From: Nanoarchaeum sp.
Lineage (GTDB): Archaea > Nanobdellota > Nanobdellia > SCGC-AAA011-G17 > PNOQ01
Direction: 5' to 3'
DNA length: 49,089 nt
NCBI GenBank assembly: GCA_013824915.1
Contig: PNOQ01000057.1
Coordinates: 1-49,089, forward strand
Both the position numbers and the translations under genes were made by a program. The notes below the pieces were generated by a model. That model saw nothing but the letters and a program-made list of their open reading frames with translations, had not been told where the DNA came from and did no database searches. Below are positions 23,257 through 32,718 of the stretch, piece by piece; positions within the stretch are counted from its first letter, which is position 1, and every line of letters starts with the position of its first letter.

Positions 23257-23928
23257 ATGCGAAAAAACTTCGGAGTTATAGGTTTGGGTAAGTTTGGTAC
23301 TAATGTCGCTATGACTTTAGAGAAATTAGGGCACCAAGTTATGGCTTTTGATAGAGATGAAGTTAGTGTTGATAAATTAAAAGATTATGTTACTTTAGTA
23401 GGCATATTAGATTCTAGTGATAAGAAGTCTTTAGAAAATTCAGGAATAAAAGCTTGTGGTACTGTTATTGTTAGTATTGGAGAAAATACTGCTGCTAGTT
23501 TTTTAACTGTTTTAAATTTAAAAGAAATTGGAATTAAAGAAATAATTGTTAAAGCTAAAACATATGAAGATGGTAGAATTTTAGAAAAAATTGGAGCTAC
23601 AAGAATTGTTTATCCAGAAATGGAAGGTGCGGTTAGGTTAGCACATCAGTTAACTTCTTCGGATATTTTGGAATTTATAGAAATTTCTTCTGATTATCAA
23701 GTTGCTGAGATGGATGCTAATAAAGAGTTTTTTGAAAAAAGATTAGAAGAGTTACATATGATTAGAAAGCATAATGTTCTTGTTTTAGCTATAAGAAGAA
23801 ATGGTAAGACAATAATTATTCCTGGTGGTAAAGAAGAGGTAGAAAAAGGTGATGTTTTGGTTATTGTGGGCCAAACTAATGATATTGTAGATTTTGTAAA
23901 AAAGTTTAGTTCTAAAAATGGTAAATAA
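23257..23928 (+). CDS. trkA: Trk/Ktr potassium uptake regulatory subunit (RCK N+C domains)
   Basis: Rossmann motif VIGLGKFGTNVA and a C-terminal RCK_C-like VAEMD...GDVLVIVG. Confidence 0.85.
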   Translation: MRKNFGVIGLGKFGTNVAMTLEKLGHQVMAFDRDEVSVDKLKDYVTLVGILDSSDKKSLENSGIKACGTVIVSIGENTAASFLTVLNLKEIGIKEIIVKAKTYEDGRILEKIGATRIVYPEMEGAVRLAHQLTSSDILEFIEISSDYQVAEMDANKEFFEKRLEELHMIRKHNVLVLAIRRNGKTIIIPGGKEEVEKGDVLVIVGQTNDIVDFVKKFSSKNGK

Positions 23929-24157
23929 TATTGAAATATTAAGGAAAGAGATTGATAAGATTGATGATGAATTAGTTGAATTACTTAATAAAAGAGTGGA
24001 TCAAGGTAAAGAAATTATTCGTTATAAAATTGAAAAAGGAATGGACAAGGAAGATTTAGAACGTGAAAAAGAAATTATTACACGTTTGAAAGAAAAATAT
24101 GGTTCTAAACTTGTTGATGAAATTTATGCAAGTATTTTTAGAGAAGTTAAGGAGTAG
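23918..24157 (+). CDS. AroQ-type chorismate mutase-like protein (79 aa)
   Basis: LRKEIDKIDDELVELLNKR....KEI..YK matches the AroQ helix-1 signature. It overlaps the trkA 3' end by 11 nt. Confidence 0.45.
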   Translation: MVNNIEILRKEIDKIDDELVELLNKRVDQGKEIIRYKIEKGMDKEDLEREKEIITRLKEKYGSKLVDEIYASIFREVKE

Positions 24158-24497
24158 ATAATATAAACTCTATCACACTATTGACTCGGTCGTAACTAAA
24201 TGCTCTTACTTGACCTTGTTCATAATCCTCAGGTAAATAACTTATTAATCCAATTTTTAACTGGGGAAATCGTTTAGGATATTCTTCTATAACTTTCCTT
24301 TGATTTTCTAAGCCCGGATGGATTAACAATACATCATGATTATTTTGGGATAAAATATCTTCTAATTCCTTTATACTTATATCTTCGACTAATTCATATT
24401 CAAATCCCTTTTCTTCAGGTGTTTTGAACATAACTTCTTTAAAAAATTTTCTCGGCATAAATACTTCGCTCATATCATAATGTAATACTCTTATCAT
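24147..24497 (-). CDS. hypothetical protein (116 aa)
   Basis: An ORF coupled by an ATGA overlap to the upstream U32 gene. Confidence 0.5.
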   Translation of the reverse strand: MIRVLHYDMSEVFMPRKFFKEVMFKTPEEKGFEYELVEDISIKELEDILSQNNHDVLLIHPGLENQRKVIEEYPKRFPQLKIGLISYLPEDYEQGQVRAFSYDRVNSVIEFILSTP

Positions 24498-25777
24498 TTT
24501 TTAAATTTGTTTAATTCTTGTTCGATTCTTTGTTCTTCTTTGTTTATGTCTCTAGGTTGTATTAAATAAACTTCGTCTGATTTTCTTATTGGTTCTTGTA
24601 CTTTGATTGAGATTTCTTGACCTTTTTTTGCTTGTTTGACTAATTTATCTTTAAATCTAATATTATTTACTTTTAATTTGTAATACCCTGTTTTATTTCC
24701 TGTAAAGAATATTTCATCGTTATCTTTTAAATCTTCATCAAGTAAAATTGAAACCACTTTTATTTTAGCGAAATAATTTGTTATTTTTCCTAGTTTAATC
24801 TTTTTTTCTTTTGCTGATGAACCATAGAATTTATTCCAAGAATCATTAGTTGGAGTTCCTAACAAAAAGTTAGTTGAAAAACCACGATTGTAAACTTTTT
24901 CTAGTTCTTTTGTTAATTCTAACATAATTTCTTTTGTGAATTTATTTTTATTTATTAATTCTAACGCTTGTTTATAGATTTTAGTTACGTTGTATACATA
25001 TTCTGGGCCTTTAGCTCTACCTTCGATTTTTAATACTTCTATGCCCGCGTCTACTAACTTGTCTAATATTGGTAATGTGCATAAATCTTTGGGTGATAAA
25101 ACATAATTTTCGTCTAAAACAAATTCTTTTTGTGGATCTTCAATATCAGTAATTCTATATTTTCTTCTGCAAGGTTGTAAACATTGGCCACGATTAGCTG
25201 ACATTCTTTCTTGATATTGGCTCATGAAACATCTACCAGAAACTGAAACGCATAATGAACCATGAATAAAAACTTCTATTTGTAACGGTTTTCCTTTGTA
25301 ATTTAATTTATTTTCTTTAACTTTTTTTATCATTTCTTTTATTTGTTCTAATGTACATTCTCTTGCTAAAACTATTCTTGGTGAATATTTAGAAAAGAAT
25401 TTTATTGATTCATAATTTGAAACTGATAATTGAGTACTAATATGAACTTCTATATCTTTTTTATTACATAATTGAACTACTGCAAGGTCTGAAGCTATAA
25501 TTGCATCTACCTTTGATTTTTTTGCTTCATCTAAAATTTCTTCTACTTTTGGTAGTTCATGATCGTAAATTGTTGTGTTTAGTGCTAAATAACCTTTCAT
25601 TTTATTTTTGTGAATAGTTTCCATTAATTTTTTTAAATCTTTTTTTTCAAAATTTCTAGCTGAAAAAGTTCTCATGTTTATTGTTTTAATACCAAAATAA
25701 ACTGCATCTGCTTTAGCTTTAATTGCTGCTGCTAGTGTTTCCCAGTCTCCAATTGGCGCCAATAGTTCGGTTTTCAT
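24494..25777 (-). CDS. peptidase U32 family protein
   Basis: N-terminal ELLAPIGDWETLAAAIKAKADAVYFG and the Cys cluster CVSVSGRCFMSQ...CLQPCRRKY are typical of the U32 family. Confidence 0.8.
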   Translation of the reverse strand: MKTELLAPIGDWETLAAAIKAKADAVYFGIKTINMRTFSARNFEKKDLKKLMETIHKNKMKGYLALNTTIYDHELPKVEEILDEAKKSKVDAIIASDLAVVQLCNKKDIEVHISTQLSVSNYESIKFFSKYSPRIVLARECTLEQIKEMIKKVKENKLNYKGKPLQIEVFIHGSLCVSVSGRCFMSQYQERMSANRGQCLQPCRRKYRITDIEDPQKEFVLDENYVLSPKDLCTLPILDKLVDAGIEVLKIEGRAKGPEYVYNVTKIYKQALELINKNKFTKEIMLELTKELEKVYNRGFSTNFLLGTPTNDSWNKFYGSSAKEKKIKLGKITNYFAKIKVVSILLDEDLKDNDEIFFTGNKTGYYKLKVNNIRFKDKLVKQAKKGQEISIKVQEPIRKSDEVYLIQPRDINKEEQRIEQELNKFKK

Positions 25778-25829
25778 ATGAAATAAGCTTAATAAAAATG
25801 TTTATAAATTATTCTCTTTATACTTAATT

Positions 25830-26144
25830 ATGGCACTTTTTAGTGTTGGAGATATTCTTTTATGTAATAGTAAAATAGAATATGCTAAATCGCATCATTT
25901 TTACAAAACAAAAGTAGATGTTAATTATTTAGTAATTGATCATATTGATTCTGATTGGGGAGATTATGTTTTAGTTGAGCTAACTAAGAAACATAGAACT
26001 AGTTTTAATCTAAGTGAATTAGATGTTGATGAAAGACATTTTCAAAAAGTTGGTCATCTTGATGTTGTGCGTGGTTTTGATGCGGTAATTCAGGATTTAT
26101 TAGATAAGTATGAAGGTTTGGAAGCATTTGTTAGACAGGAATAA
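25830..26144 (+). CDS. hypothetical protein (104 aa)
   Basis: An ORF with the TATA box TTTATAAA at 25801-25808, 29 nt upstream. Confidence 0.5.
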   Translation: MALFSVGDILLCNSKIEYAKSHHFYKTKVDVNYLVIDHIDSDWGDYVLVELTKKHRTSFNLSELDVDERHFQKVGHLDVVRGFDAVIQDLLDKYEGLEAFVRQE

Positions 26145-26174
26145 TTTTATAAATAATGAATTAAAGTTAAGTAT

Positions 26175-27809
26175 ATGAATAACTTTGAAATTGAGCGTTT
26201 TGTTTTGGATAATGCTGTAAGATATGAAGGCAAAGCAGAAATTGGTTCAGTAGTTGGCTCTTTAATAGCTAATCACCCAGAATTAAAAGCAAAAATTAAA
26301 GAGTTAATGCCAGAAATAAATAAAATAGTAAAACAAGTTAATTCTATGAATATAAAACAACAAGAAATTAAATTAAAAGAGTTGGGCGAATTAGTAAGAC
26401 CAGAAAAACAAGAAAAAACAGATAAAACTCCTGTTCTAAAAGATCCAAAAGATTTAGTTGTAAGATTTGCTCCTAATCCTAATGGGCCTATATCATTAGG
26501 ACATTGTAGACCTGGATTGTGGAACTGGTTTTTAGCTAAGAAGTATGATGGTAAATATATTTTAAGATTTGATGATACTGATCCCAAAACTAAAGTTCCT
26601 ATGAAAGAAGCTTATGATTGGTTTATTGAAGATTTAGCATGGCTAGGAGTTAAACCAGATAAAGTTGTTATACAGTCTGAAAGATTGGAAGTTTATTATA
26701 AGTATGCTGAAGAATTAATTAAATTAGGAAAAGCGTATGTTTGTACTTGTGATGTTGAAGTAAAGAAAAAATTATTACAAAAAGGAATAAAGTGTGATTG
26801 TTATGATGCTTATCAAACTGAAAGATGGCAAAAAATGTTTAAAGGTTACAAAGAAGGTGAAGCTGTTCTAAGAATTAAAACTGATTTGAAAAATCCTAAT
26901 CCGGCAGTTAGAGATTGGGCTGCTTTTAAAATTGTAGATAATAATCAACATCCATTAAATAAAAAAGCTAGAGTTTGGCCATTATTGAATTTTGCTTCTG
27001 CTATTGATGATCATGAATTTAAAGTTACACATATTATTAGAGGAATTGATTTGAGTATTTCTGATGATAGACAAAAATATATTTACAGATATCTTGGATG
27101 GAAATATCCTGAAACTATGTACAATGGTAAATTATTAGTTGATGGAGTAAAAAGCACTAGTATGACTAAAGCTTTGATTGCTAGTGGAAAAATAACTGGT
27201 TGGGATGATCCTAGATTAGGAACTATACGAGCATTAAAAAGAAGAGGTTTTCAACCGGAAGCTATTATAAATTTTATTAAGAGTGTAGGATTAACTAGAA
27301 ATGATACTAATGTCTCTATGGATGCTTTAGCTGCTTTTAACAAAGATATAATCGATAAAACTACTAAAAGATATTTTTTAATAATTAAACCTAAAAAAAT
27401 TAAAATAAAAAATGCTCCTATCTTAGATGTGCAAGTTCCATCACACCCAGATAATAAAAAATTAGGAGTTAGAGAGTTTAAAACAACTAATGAATTTTAT
27501 ATTCAAGATAAATTAGAAAAAGGAAAAGCGTATAGGTTTATGCATTTGTTTAATTTTATTGATAAAAAATATGATTCTGCTGAATACAAAAAAGAGTTAG
27601 AAGCTAAGTTAATACATTGGTTGCCTGTTTCTTCTAATTTAGTTAATGTTGATGTGTTAATGAACAATGGTAAACTTGTTTCTGGACTAGCTGAGCATGG
27701 AGTTAATAGTTTGAAAGTTAATGACATTGTACAGTTCGAACGATTTGGCTTCTGTAGGTTAGACAAAAAGGAAAAGGATAAATTACTTTTTGTTTATTGT
27801 CATGATTAG
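26175..27809 (+). CDS. gltX: glutamate--tRNA ligase, archaeal type
   Basis: The class I HIGH region RFAPNPNGPISLGHCR and the N-terminal LDNAVRYEGKAEIGSVVG block are typical of archaeal GluRS. It is 544 aa. Confidence 0.85.
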   Translation: MNNFEIERFVLDNAVRYEGKAEIGSVVGSLIANHPELKAKIKELMPEINKIVKQVNSMNIKQQEIKLKELGELVRPEKQEKTDKTPVLKDPKDLVVRFAPNPNGPISLGHCRPGLWNWFLAKKYDGKYILRFDDTDPKTKVPMKEAYDWFIEDLAWLGVKPDKVVIQSERLEVYYKYAEELIKLGKAYVCTCDVEVKKKLLQKGIKCDCYDAYQTERWQKMFKGYKEGEAVLRIKTDLKNPNPAVRDWAAFKIVDNNQHPLNKKARVWPLLNFASAIDDHEFKVTHIIRGIDLSISDDRQKYIYRYLGWKYPETMYNGKLLVDGVKSTSMTKALIASGKITGWDDPRLGTIRALKRRGFQPEAIINFIKSVGLTRNDTNVSMDALAAFNKDIIDKTTKRYFLIIKPKKIKIKNAPILDVQVPSHPDNKKLGVREFKTTNEFYIQDKLEKGKAYRFMHLFNFIDKKYDSAEYKKELEAKLIHWLPVSSNLVNVDVLMNNGKLVSGLAEHGVNSLKVNDIVQFERFGFCRLDKKEKDKLLFVYCHD

Positions 27810-27848
27810 AAAGTTTTTTAAATAGGCTGTTTACATTAATTCATTCTT

Positions 27849-28064
27849 ATGGAACCAATTTTATACAATGGACAAGAAATATTGGTTACTAGTTTTTTTG
27901 ATATTACCCTTGGGCATTATGTAGATCGTTATTTTGTAAGAAGTGATTTAGACAAAGTTATGAGTGATCCTAAAAAAAGAATGAGATGGGATGAACATGT
28001 ACCTAAATATGATAGTATACATCAAGTAGAAAGACATATTGATGAAGAAGTAGATCATGACTGA
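27849..28064 (+). CDS. hypothetical protein (71 aa)
   Basis: A short ORF with a TATA-like box at 27814-27824. Its 3' end overlaps the convergent kinase gene by 10 nt. Confidence 0.4.
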   Translation: MEPILYNGQEILVTSFFDITLGHYVDRYFVRSDLDKVMSDPKKRMRWDEHVPKYDSIHQVERHIDEEVDHD

Positions 28065-28630
28065 TTTAATCTTTTTTCTATAAATTCTATAGTTTTTTGT
28101 ATTCCTTGTTCTATTGTTAAATTAGTTGTGTCTAGAACAAAATCGTAATTAGATTCTTTTGTATGGTCTAAATTGTAATATTTTTTGTAACGTGCTATGT
28201 CTGAAGCTTGTCGTTCTATATTACTTTTTTTTACTTCTTCAAAAGTTGTAAGTTTTCCTTCATTTCTATTATTCTCTTTTTGCAAATCATTAAAAATTCT
28301 TTTTGCGCCTTCATCGTAACTTACTTTAATATATAGTTTTATTGATTCTGGGATAAAATGGAAGTGAGTTCTACCTTCGACTATGACTATTTTATTTTTT
28401 GCTAGTTCTCTAGCATTTGCTGTTATTTTTTTGTCTACATCTACATCTGTTTCCGGATGGGTTAGGCCATACAAGTTAAACTCTTCAAGAGTCATCCCCA
28501 TTTCTTTTGCTAATTCTCTTCTTATTCCGCCACCGTAAATTCTTTCTGCTGAGCAATATTTTGCTATTTCTCTTGCTATTGTAGACTTTCCAGAGCCGGC
28601 ATTTCCAGAAATCGTTATTATTGGATACAC
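28055..28630 (-). CDS. cmk: P-loop nucleotide kinase, archaeal cytidylate-kinase-like
   Basis: P-loop ITISGNAGSGKSTIAREIAK at the N-terminus. It has a GTG start, with the minus-strand TATA box TTTATAAATA (28654-28663) 24-33 nt upstream. Confidence 0.55.
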   Translation of the reverse strand: MYPIITISGNAGSGKSTIAREIAKYCSAERIYGGGIRRELAKEMGMTLEEFNLYGLTHPETDVDVDKKITANARELAKNKIVIVEGRTHFHFIPESIKLYIKVSYDEGAKRIFNDLQKENNRNEGKLTTFEEVKKSNIERQASDIARYKKYYNLDHTKESNYDFVLDTTNLTIEQGIQKTIEFIEKRLNQS

Positions 28631-28746
28631 TTTATTTATTTAGGTTAGAACTTATTTATAAATTTTTATTTTGTTTTTTGATAAGTATGACTGGTTAGTG
28701 ATTACAAAACGAAAGGTTTAAAAATTGACCAATTACATGTTTTTAT

Positions 28747-29523
28747 ATGGAAACTATAAGTTTAGATGAATATTTAGGAAGAGAATTTCAAGGTGTTAAT
28801 CCGACGGATGATTTTGAAAGAGATGTTAACGAACTCACGAGAGGCAATTATACTACATACGCTTCTATATGCGAGGAACTTATAGACTTATGCCAAAGCC
28901 CAGATACTCCTTGTCAAAGCATAGAACAAAGTGAAAATGAATTGTATGAATTTGTATATAGTTATCCAGAATTAGAGATATTTCTGAATGTTAAATTTAA
29001 TCCAAATGATGCAAAATCTTCAATACCGTTTATTCAGGAAAGATTAGTTGGTAGAGAAACAGTTTTGGACTTAGGCTGTGGTAATGGATTAAAAACAGTT
29101 TTTTATGCTTTGAATGGCGAATCAAGAATTACTGCAGTGGATAAATCACAGAAAGCATTAGATTTATTATTAAAACGAGCACAAAGATATGGTGTAGAAG
29201 ATAGAATTGAATTGGTAAACGCAAATCTTTTAGAAATGGATTTAGGTAGAACTTTTGATGCGATTGTAGCAGCAAAAATGATACATGAGTGTGGTGATAT
29301 TAGAACTGTATCACATGAAAGTAATATGCATTTTAAGATGGATAAAATAGATTTACATTTAAGTCCTGGTGGTGTAGCTATTATAACCTCTGGCGGTTAT
29401 TCTATACCTTATGAAGTTGCTCTTCTAATGAGTAAACGTGGATTTAAAGATGTTAATAGACACACAATTTTTAAACATGGTGATGAGGATCAGACTATTA
29501 TGGGTGTTGTCGGTTACAAATAA
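28747..29523 (+). CDS. class I SAM-dependent methyltransferase with an N-terminal extension of about 100 aa
   Basis: Motif I VLDLGCGNGLKT. The TATA box at 28717-28724 lies 30 nt upstream. Confidence 0.7.
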   Translation: METISLDEYLGREFQGVNPTDDFERDVNELTRGNYTTYASICEELIDLCQSPDTPCQSIEQSENELYEFVYSYPELEIFLNVKFNPNDAKSSIPFIQERLVGRETVLDLGCGNGLKTVFYALNGESRITAVDKSQKALDLLLKRAQRYGVEDRIELVNANLLEMDLGRTFDAIVAAKMIHECGDIRTVSHESNMHFKMDKIDLHLSPGGVAIITSGGYSIPYEVALLMSKRGFKDVNRHTIFKHGDEDQTIMGVVGYK

Positions 29524-29543
29524 TTTTATTTTTACACAGAAAC

Positions 29544-29554
29544 CTTTATAAATT
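29544..29554 (+). promoter_or_regulatory. TATA box (CTTTATAAATT) of the ribosomal-protein operon, which is leadered
   Basis: It lies 55 nt before ATG 29600, with GGAGG at 29588-29592. This is one of the few genes here with a clear leader and Shine-Dalgarno sequence. Confidence 0.5.
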
Positions 29555-29599
29555 AGGTATTTTCACAGTAAACTATTAAAAATATCCGGAGGACAAAAA

Positions 29600-29926
29600 A
29601 TGGCAGAGGTTTCACATGATAGTGTATCAAAAGCTTATGAAGCTATTGAGTTAGCAAAGAAATCAGGTAAAATAAAAAAAGGTGCAAATGAAGCAACTAA
29701 AGCTGTTGAAAGAGGAATTGCAAAGCTAGTTGTTGTTGCTCTAGATGTTTCACCAAAAGAAGTCATAATGCATTTAGGTCCATTATGCAAAGAAAAAAAT
29801 ATTCCTTATGTGGAAGTTCCTTCTAAAGAAGATTTAGGTGCAGCTGCTGGTTTAAAATTAGGTACTAGTGCTGTTGCTGTAATCAAAGAAGGCGATTCTA
29901 AAAAAGTAATAAATGAATTGAGTTAA
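29600..29926 (+). CDS. rpl7ae: 50S ribosomal protein L7Ae
   Basis: [27 protein letters not shown]....[24 protein letters not shown] is the L7Ae signature. Confidence 0.9.
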   Translation: MAEVSHDSVSKAYEAIELAKKSGKIKKGANEATKAVERGIAKLVVVALDVSPKEVIMHLGPLCKEKNIPYVEVPSKEDLGAAAGLKLGTSAVAVIKEGDSKKVINELS

Positions 29927-29928
29927 GA

Positions 29929-30231
29929 ATGGCACAAGATAATAAAAAACAACAAGAAAAACCAGCTCAACAACAACCTGTTCAAACTAAAAGACAGGCT
30001 GATGGTTCTTTATTTAGTATGGCTTGGCCTGCTACTGTAGAAGAAATAGTTGGTAGAACTGGAATGAGAGGAGAAATAACTCAAGTTAGATGTAGACTTC
30101 AAGACGGTAGAGATAAAGGTAAAATTCTAAGAAGAAACGTTAAAGGACCTATTAAGTTAGGAGACATTTTAATGCTTAGAGAAACTGAAATTGAAGCTAG
30201 AAAGATTTCATCTAAGGGTGGAAGAAGTTAA
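29929..30231 (+). CDS. rps28e: 30S ribosomal protein S28e with a Q/K-rich N-terminal extension of about 30 aa
   Basis: [25 protein letters not shown]....[28 protein letters not shown]. Its start is 2 nt after the L7Ae stop. An internal ATG (..FSMAWPA) would give a canonical length. Confidence 0.85.
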   Translation: MAQDNKKQQEKPAQQQPVQTKRQADGSLFSMAWPATVEEIVGRTGMRGEITQVRCRLQDGRDKGKILRRNVKGPIKLGDILMLRETEIEARKISSKGGRS

Positions 30232-30232
30232 A

Positions 30233-30577
30233 ATGGTTGATGAAACAACATTAGCAGATAAATTAGTTGGAAAAATGGTTGAAGTTGATAGTGTTCATTA
30301 TTCTGACTTTGAACATAATATCAGAACAGGCAAGATAGATAGTATTGATCCTAGAATGTCTCTTGGTTTAAGAGATGGAGATGATGGACATATTGTTTTT
30401 GTTGGAGTTGTTGAAGGAATTTATTCAATAAGAGATAGGAAGACTCATCAATTATATTATTCTAATACTACAATGTTTGATTTTCTTAAAAGCTTGCGAC
30501 CAAGCAAATTAAGAGGTTATATAGAAGAAGAAACTAATAGAGACGAATTAAGGAAAGTGGGTGTTTTCTATGGTTAG
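30233..30577 (+). CDS. hypothetical protein (114 aa) embedded between the S28e and L24e genes
   Basis: ATG 30233 lies 1 nt after the S28e stop, and the 3' end overlaps the L24e start by 8 nt. No motif recognised. Confidence 0.55.
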   Translation: MVDETTLADKLVGKMVEVDSVHYSDFEHNIRTGKIDSIDPRMSLGLRDGDDGHIVFVGVVEGIYSIRDRKTHQLYYSNTTMFDFLKSLRPSKLRGYIEEETNRDELRKVGVFYG

Positions 30578-30743
30578 ATGTTCATTTTGTAATAAAAGTA
30601 TTGAGCCTGGTACAGGTAAGATGTTTGTTTTAGTTACTGGAAAGGTTTTATATTTTTGTTCTAACAAATGTGAAAAGAATATGATAGTTTTGAAAAGAAA
30701 TCCTGTTGATTGGAAATGGGCAAGCAAAGAAGATAAAAAATGA
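30570..30743 (+). CDS. rpl24e: 50S ribosomal protein L24e
   Basis: [20 protein letters not shown]...[14 protein letters not shown] is the zinc-ribbon L24e signature. ATG 30570 is preferred over GTG 30561. Confidence 0.9.
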   Translation: MVRCSFCNKSIEPGTGKMFVLVTGKVLYFCSNKCEKNMIVLKRNPVDWKWASKEDKK

Positions 30744-31219
30744 TCCAACAAACATTAGTTCTTGTTAAACCTGATGGTGTGAAAAGAGGTTTAATTGGGG
30801 AAATAATTTCTAGATTTGAGAAAAGAGGATTGAAAATTGTTGGAATTAAGATGGTTCAAGTTGATCCTGATTTTTCTAAGAAACATTATTCTGCTCATGT
30901 CGCAAAAAGTTTTTACAAAAATTTAGAGAAATTTATTACTTCTGGCCCGGTTGTTGCTATGGCTATTGAAGGTATAGATGCAGTTGAAGTTGTAAGAAAA
31001 ATAGTTGGTAGTACAGAACCTAAATCTGCTCCAGTTGGTACAATTAGGGGAGATTTTGCTCATGTTTCTTTGAATTATGCTGATTCTAAAGGTAAATCTG
31101 CTGAAAATTTAATACATGCTTCTGGAAATAAAGAAGAAGCTGAACAAGAAGTGTCTTTATGGTTTAGTATTGATGAGTTACATAGTTATAAACTAAGTTA
31201 TGAAGACCATGTAATGTGA
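30740..31219 (+). CDS. ndk: nucleoside diphosphate kinase
   Basis: [39 protein letters not shown] and NLIHAS (active-site His). ATGA overlap with rpl24e. Confidence 0.9.
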   Translation: MIQQTLVLVKPDGVKRGLIGEIISRFEKRGLKIVGIKMVQVDPDFSKKHYSAHVAKSFYKNLEKFITSGPVVAMAIEGIDAVEVVRKIVGSTEPKSAPVGTIRGDFAHVSLNYADSKGKSAENLIHASGNKEEAEQEVSLWFSIDELHSYKLSYEDHVM

Positions 31220-31223
31220 TTAC

Positions 31224-31260
31224 ACATAACTTTAAAAATTAAGTATTATTCTATTTTTTA
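31224..31260 (+). promoter_or_regulatory. promoter cassette, copy A (35/37 identical to 32680-32716)
   Basis: ACATAACTTTAAAAATTAAGTATTATTCTATTTTTTA, whose last A is the A of ATG 31260. Confidence 0.6.
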
Positions 31261-32675
31261 TGACCGGTTCAAAACGAGGCGGGGTGAAACCAAATAAAAG
31301 AGGTTTGAGAATTGCTAATTATCACGATGATTTTGATCAAGACCAACTTGTTAGAAAAAGCCCTACTTTATACAAAATATCACCTGCTCAAAGAGAATCA
31401 ATAGATAGATTTGCCGATGGTTATATACGTTTTTTGAGTAAGGTTAAAATTGCACCGGAAGCAGTTAATGAAGCTAAAAAATTAATTAGATCTTCTAATT
31501 TAGAAACTAGATTTATTAAAAGTGAAGATGAAACAGCATTTGTTTTCGTTAAATATGGTAGAAAACCAATGAGAGAAGGAGTAAAAATTATTTATGCTCA
31601 TACTGATTCACCTTCTTTAAAAACTAAACCAAATCCTGTTCTTATTACTTGGGATCCAGATTTGCAAAGATTACATAATGGGATTGAATTAGATATGTTC
31701 GGGTATGGAGGAATAAATCCACATCAATGGACAGCAAGAACTTTAAATTTAAGAGGGTGGTCAGTTATAGATGGTAGAAGAAAATTAGTAAATTTTAATG
31801 CATATTCTCCAGATATTGCAGCTCATACGGATTTGAGAAGTCATGACGGAACTACCTTTTCTGAAGGTCATTTGGAAGAAGAATTAGATTTAACTACAGG
31901 GTTTAATTCAAGAGATGAGTTCTTAGAAAGTATCGGATTTAAAAGTCAAGATGATTTTAATAGATCGAGAATTTATGCAGTTCCAATATCTAACCCTACG
32001 AGAATAGGGGCAGAATATATTTCTGGGTATGGACATGATGATAGATCTTGTTTATATTCTGCGATTAGAGCAGCTATAGATTCAAAAAAAGTACCAAACT
32101 ATACAACTATTGTTTGCGGTTTTGATTTAGAAGAAGTTGGTAGTGAAGGTTCAGGTGGAGCGGGTAGTAAATTCTTTGATAGAGTTATAGACAATCTTTT
32201 GATTGAACGTGGAGAAGTAAAAGGACTAGAAGATTTAACTGGAGCTTTAAAATTAGACATGGCTAAAAAGTCATTGGCTATAAACGCAGATGTGGAGGTT
32301 CTTGCTACATCTAGAGATGCAGATCATCATTATAGAATAGATCAAAATAATATACCTATTGCAGGATATGGTGCGGTTGTGTTTTGTGCAGATGGTATTG
32401 GTTGGGGAGAGAATATGTCTCCGAAATTGATGGACAGAATTATGAGTAGTTTTAAAGGAACTGATGTGGTATTTCAACCTAAAGGAATGTGTATGCTTGC
32501 TGATTTGGCTCAAGGCGTGGCAACTATGAATGAATTTTTTGTAAGAAGGGGATACCCTACTATTAATATTGGACTTGGTGTGGGATCAACTCATGGCCCA
32601 GAAGAAGTAATACATATAGGTGATTTGTATCATTCTTATTTAGCTTATAAAACTATATTGAATAGTCCTAAATAA
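31260..32675 (+). CDS. M18-family aminopeptidase
   Basis: IIYAHTDSPSLKTKP, GYGHDDRSC, DLEEVGSEGSGGAGS and GVGSTHGPEE correspond to the M18 metal-ligand blocks. Confidence 0.75.
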   Translation: MTGSKRGGVKPNKRGLRIANYHDDFDQDQLVRKSPTLYKISPAQRESIDRFADGYIRFLSKVKIAPEAVNEAKKLIRSSNLETRFIKSEDETAFVFVKYGRKPMREGVKIIYAHTDSPSLKTKPNPVLITWDPDLQRLHNGIELDMFGYGGINPHQWTARTLNLRGWSVIDGRRKLVNFNAYSPDIAAHTDLRSHDGTTFSEGHLEEELDLTTGFNSRDEFLESIGFKSQDDFNRSRIYAVPISNPTRIGAEYISGYGHDDRSCLYSAIRAAIDSKKVPNYTTIVCGFDLEEVGSEGSGGAGSKFFDRVIDNLLIERGEVKGLEDLTGALKLDMAKKSLAINADVEVLATSRDADHHYRIDQNNIPIAGYGAVVFCADGIGWGENMSPKLMDRIMSSFKGTDVVFQPKGMCMLADLAQGVATMNEFFVRRGYPTINIGLGVGSTHGPEEVIHIGDLYHSYLAYKTILNSPK

Positions 32676-32679
32676 TCAT

Positions 32680-32716
32680 ACATAACTTTAAAAATTAAGT
32701 TTTATTCTCTTTTTTA
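32680..32716 (+). promoter_or_regulatory. promoter cassette, copy B
   Basis: ACATAACTTTAAAAATTAAGTTTTATTCTCTTTTTTA has 2 mismatches to copy A and no gaps. Confidence 0.6.
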
Positions 32717-32718
32717 AC

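Noticed and set aside
29555-29610. A possible L7Ae-binding kink-turn in the rpl7ae 5' leader, which would indicate autoregulation.
   Set aside because: I could pair CC (29586-29587) with GG after a GA (gcaGAGG, 29603-29609). The bulged strand then reads GGAGGA and needs a 4-nt loop, with only a 2-bp C-stem. This does not fit the canonical 3-nt-bulge plus tandem G.A pattern well enough to call.
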